NCBI GenBank assembly: GCA_030324005.1
Contig: JARDVH010000193.1
Coordinates: forward strand, 38,095,132 to 38,159,131
Origin: Negaprion brevirostris
Taxonomy: Eukaryota
Direction: 5' to 3'
Length of the DNA stretch: 64,000 bases
The notes beneath the pieces are model-generated. The model saw only the letters and a program-made list of their open reading frames with translations. It ran no database searches and had not been told where the DNA came from. The position numbers and the translations under genes were made by a program. This document shows positions 12,725-24,672 of the stretch, piece after piece. Each line of letters opens with the position of its first letter. Positions within the stretch are counted from its first letter, which is position 1.

Positions 12725-12932
12725 CGGGGTGAGATTGCTGGCCTCCCCTCAGCATTTTTCTCAGCATTGGGAGGCAATGCGCCCTTCGCTAGAAGCAGGA
12801 TTCTCTGGTCCTGTTGCTGTTGATGGGAATTTCCATTGAAGCCATCCCACACTACAGGGAAACCAGCGGCAGGGAATGCGCTGCTGGTGGGACCAGAGTG
12901 CGGCTGACGTGAATGGCTGGAGAAATCCTGCC
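12725..12932. repeat. GC-rich palindromic MITE-like insertion in the Deu SINE
   Basis: gcaggattctctggtcc ... gggaccagag ... agaaatcctgcc nested inverted repeats. Confidence 0.6.
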
Positions 12933-13949
12933 TATATTGCAAAAATAAGTTGACTGCTAAGAATCTCGTGAAGGTTCGCTATATAAATGTAAGTTTGTTC
13001 CTTAGTATTGATTGTCCCTAACATTTTAATACTAAGGCAGTGGGAGTTACATAAAAAGTCATGCAAATATATTGAGAAAAAGGATACAGGTTTTTTGATA
13101 TGACTTGTAGTCGGAACCTACTTATGCAAAACTTTCTCAAAGCTGTTTTGTCCTAGTTTTGGTATTTAAACCTTTTGGATAACTACAAGATGTGCTGGCT
13201 TGGCAACTTTCAAAATATTGCTAAGACAGAACCAACATTTTATCACATTTCTTGTACAGTGCTGGCTGCAAATTTAGACATGCTTAATTGTTTTGTCTGA
13301 ATGTGTTTCCTAACATTGTCTCAACATTGATTTTTTTTAAATAGGAGATTGAAGACTTTAAGAAATGCACTCCTGCAAATATATATTGCATATTATTTTT
13401 AATGCCTATAATCATATATTTTCTAAAGCTGTATGGTGTGTGTCCCTTCTTGCCCTTTGCCTTTCGGTATCATAATTCCTTATGCAGCAATTTGAAAGGT
13501 CTGGTCTACAGATGTATTCGCTCTACATAAATACATTGTATGTCCAACCAGTGCTAAGTTCAAAATTGTTCATGAAAATAAAACCTGTAGTTCTTTAGGA
13601 AATTAAGTTTCTTGCGTTGGTTTACATATTGCAGCCTGAGAATATATATATATGTCTATTTTAATTTTGCATGCTATGTAAGAGTGCAGTCTGGGTTTAG
13701 GTCAAGCATGAACCTGCCTACTCTGACGCAAGCTTCAGTTGCACTGCTCAGTAGAGACTCTGTGCTTGTGTCTGTGCATGCATGTGTAGAACTGTTGTCT
13801 CAAATTCCATTTTAAATGTTTAGTGCAATAAACAATTGCAGATTGTTTTCAAAAGTGCACAAGAATTTCTGGAAATACTGAGCATTTTCACATCTGGTCT
13901 GATGCACAGCAGAGTTATACTAAATGTGGCAGCATTTACTAAAAAAAGT

Positions 13950-14220
13950 TAGTTTATTTAGTAGTCACAAGTAGGTTTACATTAACATTGCAGTGAAGTT
14001 ACTGTGAAAATCCCCATGTCGCCACACTCCAGCACCTGTTTGGGTACACTGAGGGAGAATTTAACACAGCCAATGAATCTAAACAGCATGTCTTTCGGAC
14101 TGTGGGAAGAAACCCATGCAGACACGAGGAGAATGTGCAGAGACTGCACAATGACCCAAACCAAGATTCAAACCCGGTCCCTGGTGCTGAGAAGCAGCAG
14201 TGCTAACCATTCTGCCATTG
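13950..14220 (-). mobile_element. tRNA SINE with alternative tail (ttcacagtaacttcattgcagtgttaatgtaag type)
   Basis: cacaagtaggtttacattaacattgcagtgaagttactgtgaaaatcccc; same head and body as the HE1-like copies. Confidence 0.88.
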
Positions 14221-14544
14221 GGCTGTGGCAGACGAGTAAATCTAACCAGCATTTTCTTTCCCCTGCAACTTAAAGTAGAGGTTGGTTTGGGAGGCATTTG
14301 GTGTTTTCTTGCACCTTGCACAAGGTGACCATTCTTCATGTGATATGGGTCAACTTAATTGTGTTAAGCACCACAGCTCCAAGCCTTGTTTCATTTCCAA
14401 ATATACAGCTTTCTAGTCATGGCCACTTGTTCAGACATTGGAATAGGATTTACCTGCTTTTTCCTAGGTCTGAAACTTTGAAGCCAATTGCATTATCGCA
14501 TCTGATGCCCTGGATGAGATCAGCTAATTCGGCAAAACAATGCG

Positions 14545-14733
14545 ACACAGTGGCACACTGCTGCCTCACAGCACCAGGGACCCGGGTTCAGCTCTGACCT
14601 TGGATGACTTTTGTGGGGAGTTTGCACTTTCTGTCCGTGTCTAGGTTTCCTCCAGGTGCTCCAATTTTCTCGCACACTGCAAAGATGTGTGGATTAGATT
14701 GATTGGCCGTGCTAAATTGCCCCTTAGAGTTGG
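14545..14733 (+). mobile_element. HE1-like SINE 5' part (3' part at 17752-17853)
   Basis: Head and body end at aaattgccccttagagttgggg; the continuation attagcagtgtaagtatgtggggttacgggg follows the CR1. Confidence 0.8.
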
Positions 14734-14734
14734 G

Positions 14735-17700
14735 GAACAAAGAATAAGCAACAGTACAGGACAGGCCCTTCAGCCAGCAAGTCTGTGCCAACACCGATAC
14801 CTCTCTAATCTAGTATTGCTTCTACTTGATCTATATCCCTCGATCCTTGCTTATTCACATATCTACCTGGGTGTCTGTTGAATGTCATTATAGAATCTTC
14901 TGCCACCTCCTCTGGCAGTGCATTCCAAGCATTCACCTCCCTCTGTGAAAATCTTGCCCCTTCTCTCTTAAACTTTCCCCTTTCACTTTCAACCTATGCC
15001 CCTGAATAATTGATCCTTTGATCTTGGGTTTAAAAAAAACTCTATCTACTCTATTCAAGCCTGTCATAATTTTGTAAACCCCTATTGGGACCCCCTCATC
15101 CTCCGACACCCCAGTGAAAACAATCCAAGTTTGTTCAACCTTCCTTCATGGTCCATATCCTCCAAACCAGGCAACATCATGGTAAATTTCTTCTGCCCCC
15201 TTTCCAGTGCAACAACATTTTTCTGGTAGTGTGGCAACCAGAATTGTACACAATACTCCAAATGCATCCTGACCGAAGTCTTATACAGCTGCAACATGAC
15301 TTTTCAATTCCTATACTCAACGCCCCAACCGATGAAGCCCAACATGCTGTATGCCTTCTTGACCATCTTGTCCACATGAGTTGCCACCTTTAGGGAACTG
15401 TGAACCTGCATGTTTAGATCCCTCTATATGCCAATATTTTGAAGGGTGTCATTTACTGTATCTTTTCCTTCTGCAGTGGACCTTCCGAATTGTATCACCT
15501 CACATTTGTCTGGGTTAAATTCCATCTGCCATCTTTCGGCCCAGGTCTCCAGCCGATTAATATCCTGCTGNNNNNNNNNNNNNNNNNNNNNNNNNNNNNN
15601 NNNNNNNNNNNNNNNNNNNNNNNNNNNNNNNNNNNNNNNNNNNNNNNNNNNNNNNNNNNNNNNNNNNNNNNNNNNNNNNNNNNNNNNNNNNNNNNNNNNN
15701 NNNNNNNNNNNNNNNNNCATTTCGAGTCTAAATGACCCTTGGTCAGAGCTGTGATGAGGGGTCAGTTGGACTCTAAACGGTGGCTCTCTTCATTCCCCTC
15801 AAATGCAATGAGAGCTGCTGAGATTTTCCAGTGTTTTCTGTTTTTGTTTCAGATTCCAGTGTCTGCAGTATTTTGCTTTTATCTACATTTTCTTCCTACA
15901 TAAAAATATATGTATATATAAATAACTAACAACAGAGACCCCAGCACTGATCCTTTTGGAGCACTGCCTGTCACAGGCTTCCAATTAGAAAAGTACCCTT
16001 CCACTGCCGCTCTCTGCTTTCTATGCCCAAGCTAGTTTTGTATCTATCTTACCAGCTCAGCTTGGATCCCATATGACTTCATCTTCTGTATCAGTCTGCC
16101 ATGAGGAACCTTATTAATGGCTTTACCAAAGTTCATGTATACAACATCCACTGTCCTGCCCTGGTCAATTTCTCTTGTCATTCCCTCAAAGAACTCGATC
16201 AGTTTTGTGAGACATGACCTCCCCTTCATAAAACCATGCTGCCTATCGTTAATAAACCTATTCTGTTCCAGGTGTNNNNNNNNNNNNNNNNNNNNNNNNN
16301 NNNNNNNNNNNNNNNNNNNNNNNNNNNNNNNNNNNNNNNNNNNNNNNNNNNNNNNNNNNNNNNNNNNNNNNNNNNCCAGGTGTGAGTACATCCTGTCCCT
16401 AAGAATCTTCTCCAATAATATCCCCACCGCTGATGTAAGGCTCACAGGCCTGTAATTTCCCAGATTGTCGCTTCTGCCCTTCTTAAACAGAGGGAATGTT
16501 TTAACTCCTTTGGAGTCCTCTAATACCTCGCCCGTGGCTAATGAGGACACACAGATTTTGGCCAAGGCCTCAGCAATTTCTTCTCTCCCGCCTCTCAGTA
16601 TTCTGGGATAGACCCTATCTGGCCCTGAGGACTTGTCCACCTTAATGTTTTTCAAAACTTCCAAACCTCCTCCCTTTTTATCTCAACATGTCCTAGAATG
16701 TCACATCATCCTTTCTGCCCTCCCTATCCACACATCCTTCTCCTTTGTGAATACTGATGCAAGTACCCGTTAAGGACCTCACCACCTCATTTGGCCCCAC
16801 ACACAAATTCCCTTTACTGTCCTTGAATGGACCCACCCTTTCCTTACCATCTTCCTCATATATGCATAAAAAGCTTTGGGATTTTCCTTAAGCCTGCCTG
16901 CCCAGGACCTTTCATGGTTCCTTTTTTTTCCCTCCTAGGTCCCTATTTAAGCTCTTCTCTGCTATCTTTGTATGAAATTTATGTATGCCTCCTTTTTTCA
17001 CAAAGGTCACAATCTCTCTTATCATCCAGGATCCCTGAAACTTGCCGTCTTTATCTTCCATGTTTACAGGGACATACTTGTCCTGAATTGTTAACGACTG
17101 ACTTTTAAAGATTCCCATGTATCAGGTGTGGATTTACCCTCAAATAGCCATCACCAGTCTACAGTCCCTACCTCCTGCCTACTACTGTCATAATTAGCCT
17201 TCCCTCAATTTAGTACTTTTACCCTGGGACTATTTCTATCCTTTTCTCCAAGTATCTTGAAACTTATGGAATTGTGATCACTGTTCCCAAAATGGTCCCC
17301 CACTGAGACATCAATCACCTCTTGAACTTCTATATATTGCCTCAAGAAGCAGTCTTGGACACACTGAACAAACTCTGCCCCATCCTAGCCCCTGGCACTA
17401 AAGGAATCCCAGTCTATGTTGGGGAAGTTAAAATTGCCTATTGCAACAATCCTGTTGTTTTTACATCTTCCCATAGCCTGCTGACATATCAGCTCCAGAA
17501 CCATGAAGTGGTCTAACAGGAGCTGCAGTTGGACACAATTCTTGCACATGAAGGAGCCAGGGACACTGGAAGTGTCCCAAAATTCCCACATTGCACAAGA
17601 GGAGAATGAACAGGGGTATGCAATCTCCTATCATGACTTAACCTTTATGTTAACTTACAACAACAACTACAATGCTAAGGGAAAAAAAAGAAAAGAAAAA

Positions 17701-17750
17701 CTGTTTACCCAGTTGCCAGCCAATTACTTGCCTGCTGGCTGTAACGTTAC
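14735..17750 (-). mobile_element. Internally deleted, decayed CR1 LINE retaining its 5' end
   Basis: Minus-strand peptides: ORF1 Cys-rich MWEFWDTSSVPGSFMCKNCVQLQLL; APE GNFNFPNIDWDS; RT KSSGPDRVYPRIL, GNYRPVSLTS, QHGFMKGRSCLTKLIEFFE, DVVYMNFGKA; WQMEFNPDKCEV; HLEYCVQFW. Confidence 0.9.
15719..15885. mobile_element. Penelope-like pLTR remnant with two inverted degenerate hammerhead cores
   Basis: + strand GTGATGA-GGGGTC-agttg-GACTC-TAAAC; - strand CTGACCA-AGGGTC-attta-GACTC-GAAAT; followed by ctgctgagattttccagtgttttctgtttttgtttcagattccag. Confidence 0.65.
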
Positions 17751-17751
17751 A

Positions 17752-17853
17752 GAATTAGCAGTGTAAGTATGTGGGGTTACGGGGACAGGGCCTGGATGGG
17801 TTTGTTGTCGGTGCAGGTTCTATGGGCAGAATAGCACTGGAGGGATTCTATGA
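17752..17853 (+). mobile_element. 3' part of the SINE split by the CR1
   Basis: gtggggttacggggacagggcctgg...gcactggagggattctatga. Confidence 0.75.
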
Positions 17854-18181
17854 ATCTGAGTTCCTGGCTTGTGTAGGTTGTCTTTCTGAATTTTAGTAAG
17901 TCATTTGTCTGCGCACGTTGAATTGGGGATCGCTGTACTTAGAAATGCTAATGATAGAATTATCTTGTGCAAAGGTATCACATTGATAGAAGGTATGCAG
18001 TGTCAGAATTTTAGTATCGTAATAAACAGACTTATTTGGTTGCTAAATCATTTCCAATGTATCTGATGCTTTAACGTTTCAGAGACTAATTCAAAAGTGG
18101 GTTTACCAGTGTAGCACACTTAAGTTGCCCTATTTTACTGCATTAATAGATATAGCCACCGTGATGGCTTTACATTTTACG

Positions 18182-18485
18182 TTTGGTTTGATTCATTATT
18201 GTCACGTATTAGTATACAGTGAGAAGTGTTGTTTCTTGCATGCTATTCAGACAAAGCATACCGTACGTATAGAAGGAAAGGAGAGAGTGCAGAATGTAGT
18301 GTTACAGTCATAGCTAGGGCGTAGAGAAAGACCAACTTAATGCGAGATAGGTCCTTTCAAAAGTCTGGCAGCAGGGAAGAAACTGTTCTTGAGTGGATTG
18401 GTATGAGTCCTCAGACTTTTGTACCTTTTTCCCGACGGAAGGAGTGGAAGAGACCATGTCCGAGGTGTGTGGCGTCCTTTATTGC
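18182..18485 (-). mobile_element. Rex1/Babar-type LINE 3' end
   Basis: Peptide LLPSGKRYKSLRTHTNPLKNSFFP; (tttga)n/attattgtcac tail. Confidence 0.8.
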
Positions 18486-18629
18486 TGTACAAACAATTGA
18501 GTGTGTTTAGGTTGGGTACAAAGTTACAACTAAAGGCAAAGAAATAATGGGTTTCTTGCACATAGGGTTGAAGTACTTGGNNNNNNNNNNNNNNNNGAAG
18601 TCAGTAACTGAACTTTATCTTTAAGTGAT

Positions 18630-18990
18630 TATAGAATCCAGGCAGTGTAGAAAGAGGCCATTTGGCCCATCGAGTCTACACCGACTCTCCAACAGAGCAT
18701 CTTACCCATGCCCTATCCCCATTACCCCACAAATTTATCCCATTAATCATCATAACCTGCACATCTTGAAACGCTAAGGGCAATTTAGCCTGGCTAATCC
18801 TGCACGCCCTGCATGAACGAGTCTGCATGTCTTTGGACTGTGGGACGAAACTAGAGCACCCAGAGGAAACCCATGCAGACACGGGGAGAAGTGCAAACTC
18901 CACATAGATAGTCACCCAAGGCTGGAGTCGAACCTGAGTCCCTGGCGCTGTGAGACAGCAGTGCTAACCACTGAAAGACTGTGCCACCTG
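18630..18990 (-). mobile_element. HE1-like SINE (CR1-type tail)
   Basis: atagaatcc...aggccatttggcccatcgagtc; body; head ctgtgagacagcagtgctaaccactg. Confidence 0.88.
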
Positions 18991-19027
18991 CTGAACCTTA
19001 AATGCTTCAACAGGAAAATTGCTCAAA

Positions 19028-19255
19028 TCATAGAATCCCTACAGCGCAAAAGGAGGCCATTCAACCTACAGAGCCTGCACAAGCTGAAGTCCCACCCTCA
19101 TTACCCCATGTATTTACCTTGCTAATCCCCTGACACTAAGGGTCAATTTAGCATGGTCAATCAATCAAACTCCACATAGACAGTTACCTGAGACTGGATT
19201 GAACCTGTGCCCCTGGTGTCGTGAGGCAGCATTGCTAACCATTGTGCTGCCATTG
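19028..19255 (-). mobile_element. HE1-like SINE with internal deletion
   Basis: Tail and head present, central body missing (tcaatcaatcaaactccac junction). Confidence 0.8.
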
Positions 19256-19379
19256 ATGCAAGCCGCCATAGTACCACTGGAAGTGGGACACGTGAATACA
19301 TTTCTCTCCTCATACATCTAGCTACTGATTTGAGGTTGCTCCCTGGCCCAGTAGACTTGTGCAAATGAGATTTACTTCG

Positions 19380-20830
19380 AATCATGGAATAGCTATTGCA
19401 CAGAAGGAGCCCCATTTAACCCTTCGCATCTGCCTTGCAAATTCTTTCGTTTCAGATAATGGTCCAATTCTCTTGAGAAGGTCTCCATTTAATTTGGCTC
19501 TGCCACATACTTTGGGATTGCATTTCAGAGTCTAAATGTGCACAGATATCAAAATACTTTATTTCCTCACATCATTGTTTTATCTTTTGCCAGTCCCTTA
19601 AATCTGTGCCCTCTGGTTCTTGATCCTTCCACCAATGGGAAGTTTCTTCCCACTTACTCTGTCAAGTATCCTCATGATTTTGAACACTTCTATCAAATCT
19701 CCTCTCAACCTTCTCCTCCAAGGAGAACAGTCCCAGCTTCTCTACTGCATCCATGTAAGTGAAGTTCCTCGTCCTTGAACCATTCTTGTGAATGTTTTCT
19801 GCACTGTATCCAAATACCTTCCACATCCTCCTCAAAGTGTGATGCCCAGATGAGAACAAGATACTCCGAATGAGGCCCAGCTGGTGTTTTGCGGAACCTG
19901 TGTGCTTCATTAACTGCTTTTTCAACCTTCCTTGCCATCTTCAATCAGGTGTCTCTGCTCCTGCACCCTTTTTATAATTGTACACTTCATTTTATCTTGC
20001 CTTTCCTGATTCTTCCCATTAGAATGAGTCANNNNNNNNNNNNNNNNNNNNNNNNNNNNNNNNNNNNNNNNNNNNNNNNNNNNNNNNNNNNNNNNNNNNN
20101 NNNNNNNNNNNNNNNNNNNNNNNNNNNNNNNNNNNNNNNNNNNNNNNNNNNNNNNNNNNNNNNNNNNNNNNNNNNNNNNNNNNNNNNNNNNNNNNNNNNN
20201 NNNNNNNNNNNNNNNNNNNNNNNNNNNNNNNNNNNNNNNNNNNNNNNNNNNNNNNNNNNNNNNNNNNNNNNNNNNNNNNNNNNNNNNNNNNNNNNNNNNN
20301 NNNNCTGTCATTTTGCCAACTTTGTATCCATGCTGCATTATACCTTTTATTTCAAGGGCTTCAACTTTGCTGGAAAGCCTCTTATGTGGCACATTAGCAA
20401 ACATTTTTGGACGTCCACGCCCACCACATCAGCCGCATAACTCATCAACCACCTCTGTTCCCTCATCAAAAAACCAAGCAGTTAATTAAACAGGACTCGG
20501 TCTTAACAAATCAGTGCTGGCTTTCCTTGATTCACATTTGTTTTCAGTGACTGTTAATTTTGACCAAGATTGCTTCTAAAAATGTACTCACCACCAGAGT
20601 CAATCTGACTCGAGTGCCCCTACAGTTGATGGGATTTCACTTGCATCCTTTTTAAAAAAAAGATTTACAATTCTCCAGTTTTCTGGCACCACTGCTGTAT
20701 TTCATGAGGATTGGAAAATTATGGCCAGTCCCTCTGCAATTTCCACCCTTACTTTCTTCCTCATCCTTAGGTACACTCATCCGGCCCTGATGGCTTGTCA
20801 ACTTCAAGCCCTGCCAGTCTATCCAACATC
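19380..20830 (-). mobile_element. Decayed CR1 LINE (RT to 3' end)
   Basis: Peptides FANVPHKRLSSKVEALEIKG, VEKLGLFSLEEK and PHSEYLVLIWASH. Confidence 0.85.
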
Positions 20831-20877
20831 TCTCTCTTATTTTTTAAGTCCAGTTTGGCGCACACGATGGCATAACT

Positions 20878-21000
20878 TGTGGTAAACACAGCAAGAAGTC
20901 TCACAACACCAGGTTAAAGCCCAACAGAATTATTTGGTAGCAAATGCCACGAGCTTTTGGAGCGCTGCTCCTTTGTCACGTGAGCGGGAGTTGTGTTCAC
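20878..21000 (-). mobile_element. Penelope-like pLTR fragment with a decayed hammerhead
   Basis: ggtaaacacagcaagaagtctcacaacaccaggttaaag is shared with the hairpin elements; - strand GTGACAA-AGGAGC-agc-GCTCC-AAAA at 20955-20979. Confidence 0.65.
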
Positions 21001-21004
21001 AATT

Positions 21005-21345
21005 GTCACTGGACTAGTAATCAAGAAACCCAGGTCTCGGGACCTGGGTTTAAATCCCACCACAGTAGATGATGGAAAAAAAAATTAAATCTGGAATTAA
21101 AAGTCGAATGAAGATCATGAAACCATTGCCAATTGTTGTAAAAACCCACCTGATTCACGAATGTCCTTTTTAGGGAAGGAAATTTGCCATTCTTTCCTGT
21201 TCTGGCCTACGTGTGACTCCAGACCCACAGCAATGTAGTTGACTCTTAACTGTGCTTTGAAATGGTCAAGCAAGAGCAATAACGGGTAGGCAGTAAATAC
21301 TGGCCCAGTCAGCATTGTCCACATCTCATGAAAAGATAAAAAAAC
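21005..21345 (+). mobile_element. tRNA-derived SINE of a separate family (CR1-type tail)
   Basis: gtcactggactagtaatc...ctgggtttaaatcccaccac head; tttagggaaggaaatttgcc body; gcagtaaatactggccc...aaaaa tail. Confidence 0.7.
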
Positions 21346-22179
21346 ACAACCAGCTGAAACAGACAAGTATGTCGAGGTAAGCAGGAAACTTTTTTTTACT
21401 ACTTTTAACAAGCTAACCTGTCCATAGGAACAAGTCCATTTTGCTGTGGGGAAAACTACTTTTCCTAATTGTGAAACAGTAGTTCAAAGTGACCTACTGA
21501 CTTTTATGTTCAAGGTCAAGAACTGTTTTTTCAAATAATCAGTCAAGCATTATAATAGCAGTGCTTTTTTTCACTGTGCATGGTTGTTGCAAGAGATGCA
21601 GGAAAATTCTTGTTTCCTTAATAGCCCTTTATGGAAAACATCAGTAGAAATAAACCAAAATGCATTAATTTAAAACCTTAAATATCCTATTTCCTTTAAA
21701 CAAGGAAAGACTGTGCAGTATAATGGTATATAGAGACAGATGTGGCAATCTGTTTGTCCATGTCCAGGTAGCACAGGCAGCAATGAGATGAATTACCAGT
21801 TAATTTAATTTTGTTGATGGAGTAACATTAGCCAGTAGACAGGAGAAATAATGGAGGTTCGCAAAATATATCGATAGATCTGGGTGCTGTCGGTAGATAT
21901 GGAACCTGACCCCATGTCTTCTGGTAATGACATGTCAATGAAGTAAACTGGATAGACTGTGCAAGACTTTGACAGTAATGATGTGAGTTTGGAAGGAAGG
22001 CTAATGCTGGAGACACTCACTCTGGCAATGATTGGACAGGTAAGAGCAGAAGTAAGTTGAAAAGAATTGTGTTGTAGAAGTATACAATATGATATTCAAT
22101 TAGCAGAGCAAAACTTGGAAAATGACCTGAAAATGGTCAGCTAATCACATTATAGACAGTATGCATATAACAATGCGAA

Positions 22180-22620
22180 GAGATACAGCTAGAAGATTAG
22201 AGTGCAAGTCTCAATGCTCTGTTAAGCCTGTTGAGTGCTCCATGCTATCATGCTTAGAACAATGTGTTCAATTCTGGTAAAGCTGGTTAGAGGGGAAGTA
22301 AGGACAGTTTTTCAGAGGGGTTAAAAGTGAGTAGAGATGTTGCACAAGGCATTCTGGGGCTATTTTGTTCACTGTGTACTTAAGTAATTTAGATATTATT
22401 AGAAGAATTTGTGTCCAAATTTGTGGATGACAGATGAAATGGGTGCGGCAAAAACTCTCGAGGATTAGAGAAAGGTGTAAAGGACCATTGATGAGATGAT
22501 GAAGTGGACAAAAAAATGAAGAGAACTAAAACAGGCCTGCAGTTGTATGATTAAATGTAGTACGTATGGGATAGAATGCAGGAAGGATTAGCGATTGCAG
22601 CAAAGACCTTGGCAGTACTT
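22180..22620 (+). mobile_element. Highly degenerate CR1 RT fragment
   Basis: gtgtccaaatttgtggatgac (SKFVDD, RT catalytic FADD-like) and gcacaaggcattctgggg (PQGSVLG-like). Confidence 0.55.
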
Positions 22621-22744
22621 AAGAAACAGCCAGGTAGCTGATTGAAGAACAGGGATATAAAGGGAATTGGGACTGATGCATACATGAGATTGTGTCTAAT
22701 ATTCACGCAAGGATAAACTGTGATGACAACTTGCATATATATAA

Positions 22745-23110
22745 CATTTTTAATGTATTAAACATCCCAGGGTTCTTCTAAGAAGCTTTATTAATCAGTT
22801 TGATGAATCACATCAGGAGCTGTCGCGGTGATAACTAAACGCTTTGTCAATGGTAGATTTTAAGGGGCGTCTCAAAGGAAGAGAGAGAGGTTTAAGGAGG
22901 GAATTTTGGAGTTCAGCAGCTGAAGACACAACCACTAATAGTGATGCAATTAAAATTGGGGGAGTCAGAAAACTGAGGCTGCAGGAGACGGGGTAGGGAG
23001 AGCCAAAGCCATGGAGGGATTTGAAAATGGGAATGCAAATTTTAAAATTGATGTTGTTCTATCAGGAGCCTATGTACTTCAGAGAGGTCAGGGGTATTGA
23101 ATGTTTGAAC
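22745..23110 (-). mobile_element. L2-type LINE fragment
   Basis: ccatggagggatttgaaaatgggaatgcaaattttaaaattga is shared with the L2 at 58408-58450. Confidence 0.6.
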
Positions 23111-24536
23111 CCAATAGCCTGTTACTGTTTTGTAGTTTCTATGTAATTAGGAGTGCAGTATGGCATTTCCTGAAATGATACCCTATATTGGTCACCTCTA
23201 AGCTTTCCTCGCTAACTTCCCTAGCTCCACCCTGTACTATTTATACAGCTTCCCCATTGCCTTTCTCTTTCCAGATCGTTTAGTCACCAACACATTGACT
23301 TCAGAATACCTGTGCTCAGTTACAAATACCTTCATGGCCTTTGTCTACTGTACATTTAAACCTTCTCTCCTAGTTTGTACTTGCCTGCCTTCTCACACAT
23401 GCTCTTTTATGTCGCCCACTCTGCATCCTGACATTGGTGGTAGAGCCTTAAGCCATTCACAACTGCACTTTCAAAGCTGCTGCTTTTACCAGGTCTACAT
23501 TTTGGGTGCTTACCTATACCAAACCTGCTAATCAATGTAAATTTTGTAATATTCCATACAGACATGCCTCTCTGGTGACCAGCTTTTAAAATTAAAAGAC
23601 ACATCAGCAGTGATTTTCACTCATTCAAACACATGAGATTAAAAGGTCTCAAGGCATATCAGTCATAAGAAAGGAATACTATGATATAGTCTACCACTAG
23701 GTAAACATAGTAAGATTTGGGATGGTTGGGAGCTGCAGAGGAAAAGTTAGATTTTGAGACCAGTGTTTAAAATTGTGAAACTGATGTGAACTAAGGATTC
23801 ACAACTTAATACTTTAACATAAAACATGTTCTCGGGAGGTAGGTAACACTTACAAACCACTTGTCAATCTGTAGACGCTATTATCCTGCATGTCTTTCAG
23901 TGTCTCATTATGCCCTGAGGGTATTACCAGTCACTCGCTGTGAGGCTTGAGACACACACACCAATTCAGCTGCTTTAGTGGTCATTTGCCACTAGGTCAC
24001 ACAGTTACCAGGTTTTATAGAATTCAATTTTATAACTTGCCACGGTTTGATTTGAAGTCATGACCTCTTGGTTGCTTGTCCCTACACTCAGCCACTATAC
24101 TGATTTTAATAAAATGATATAAAAGNNNNNNNNNNNNNNNNNNNNNNNNNNNNNNNNNNNNNNNNNNNNNNNNNNNNNNNNNNNNNNNNNNNNNNNNNNN
24201 NNNNNNNNNNNNNNNNNNNNNNNNNNNNNNNNNNNNNNNNNNNNNNNNNNNNNNNNNNNNNNNNNNNNNNNNNNNNNNNNNNNNNNNNNNNNNNNNNNNN
24301 NNNNNNNNNNNNNNNNNNNNNNNNNNNNNNNNNNNNNNNNNNNNNNNNNNNNNNNNNNNNNNNNNNNNNNNNNNNNNNNNNNNNNNNNNNNNNNNNNNNN
24401 NNNNNNNNNNNNNNNNNNNNNNNNNNNNNNNNNNNNNNNNNNNNNNNNNNNNNNNNNNNNNNNNNNNNNNNNNNNNNNNNNNNNNNNNNNNNNNNNNNNN
24501 NNNNNNNNNNNNNNNNNNNNNNNNNNNNNNNNNNNN

Positions 24537-24672
24537 ACGGCGTAACATTAGCCGTTTTCCAATCGTCCGGCACTTGCCCGGGATCCAGCGACGTTTGGAA
24601 AATAACCACCAAGGCATCCACTATCACCTCCGCATTTCTTTCAGAACCCTCGGATGCATTCCATCCGGTGGT
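24537..24672 (-). mobile_element. CR1 RT N-terminal fragment next to a gap
   Basis: Peptide IVDALVVIFQTSLDPGQVPDDWKTANVTP; CpG-rich, so probably a young copy. Confidence 0.8.

Larger units (their letters stand above)
12197..13000 (+). mobile_element. Deu-domain SINE with two nested insertions
   Basis: Head 12205-12252; cagtattgagggagtgctgcactgtcag...aggtggatgtaa Deu body; tail gtgaaggttcgctatataaatgtaagt. Confidence 0.8.
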
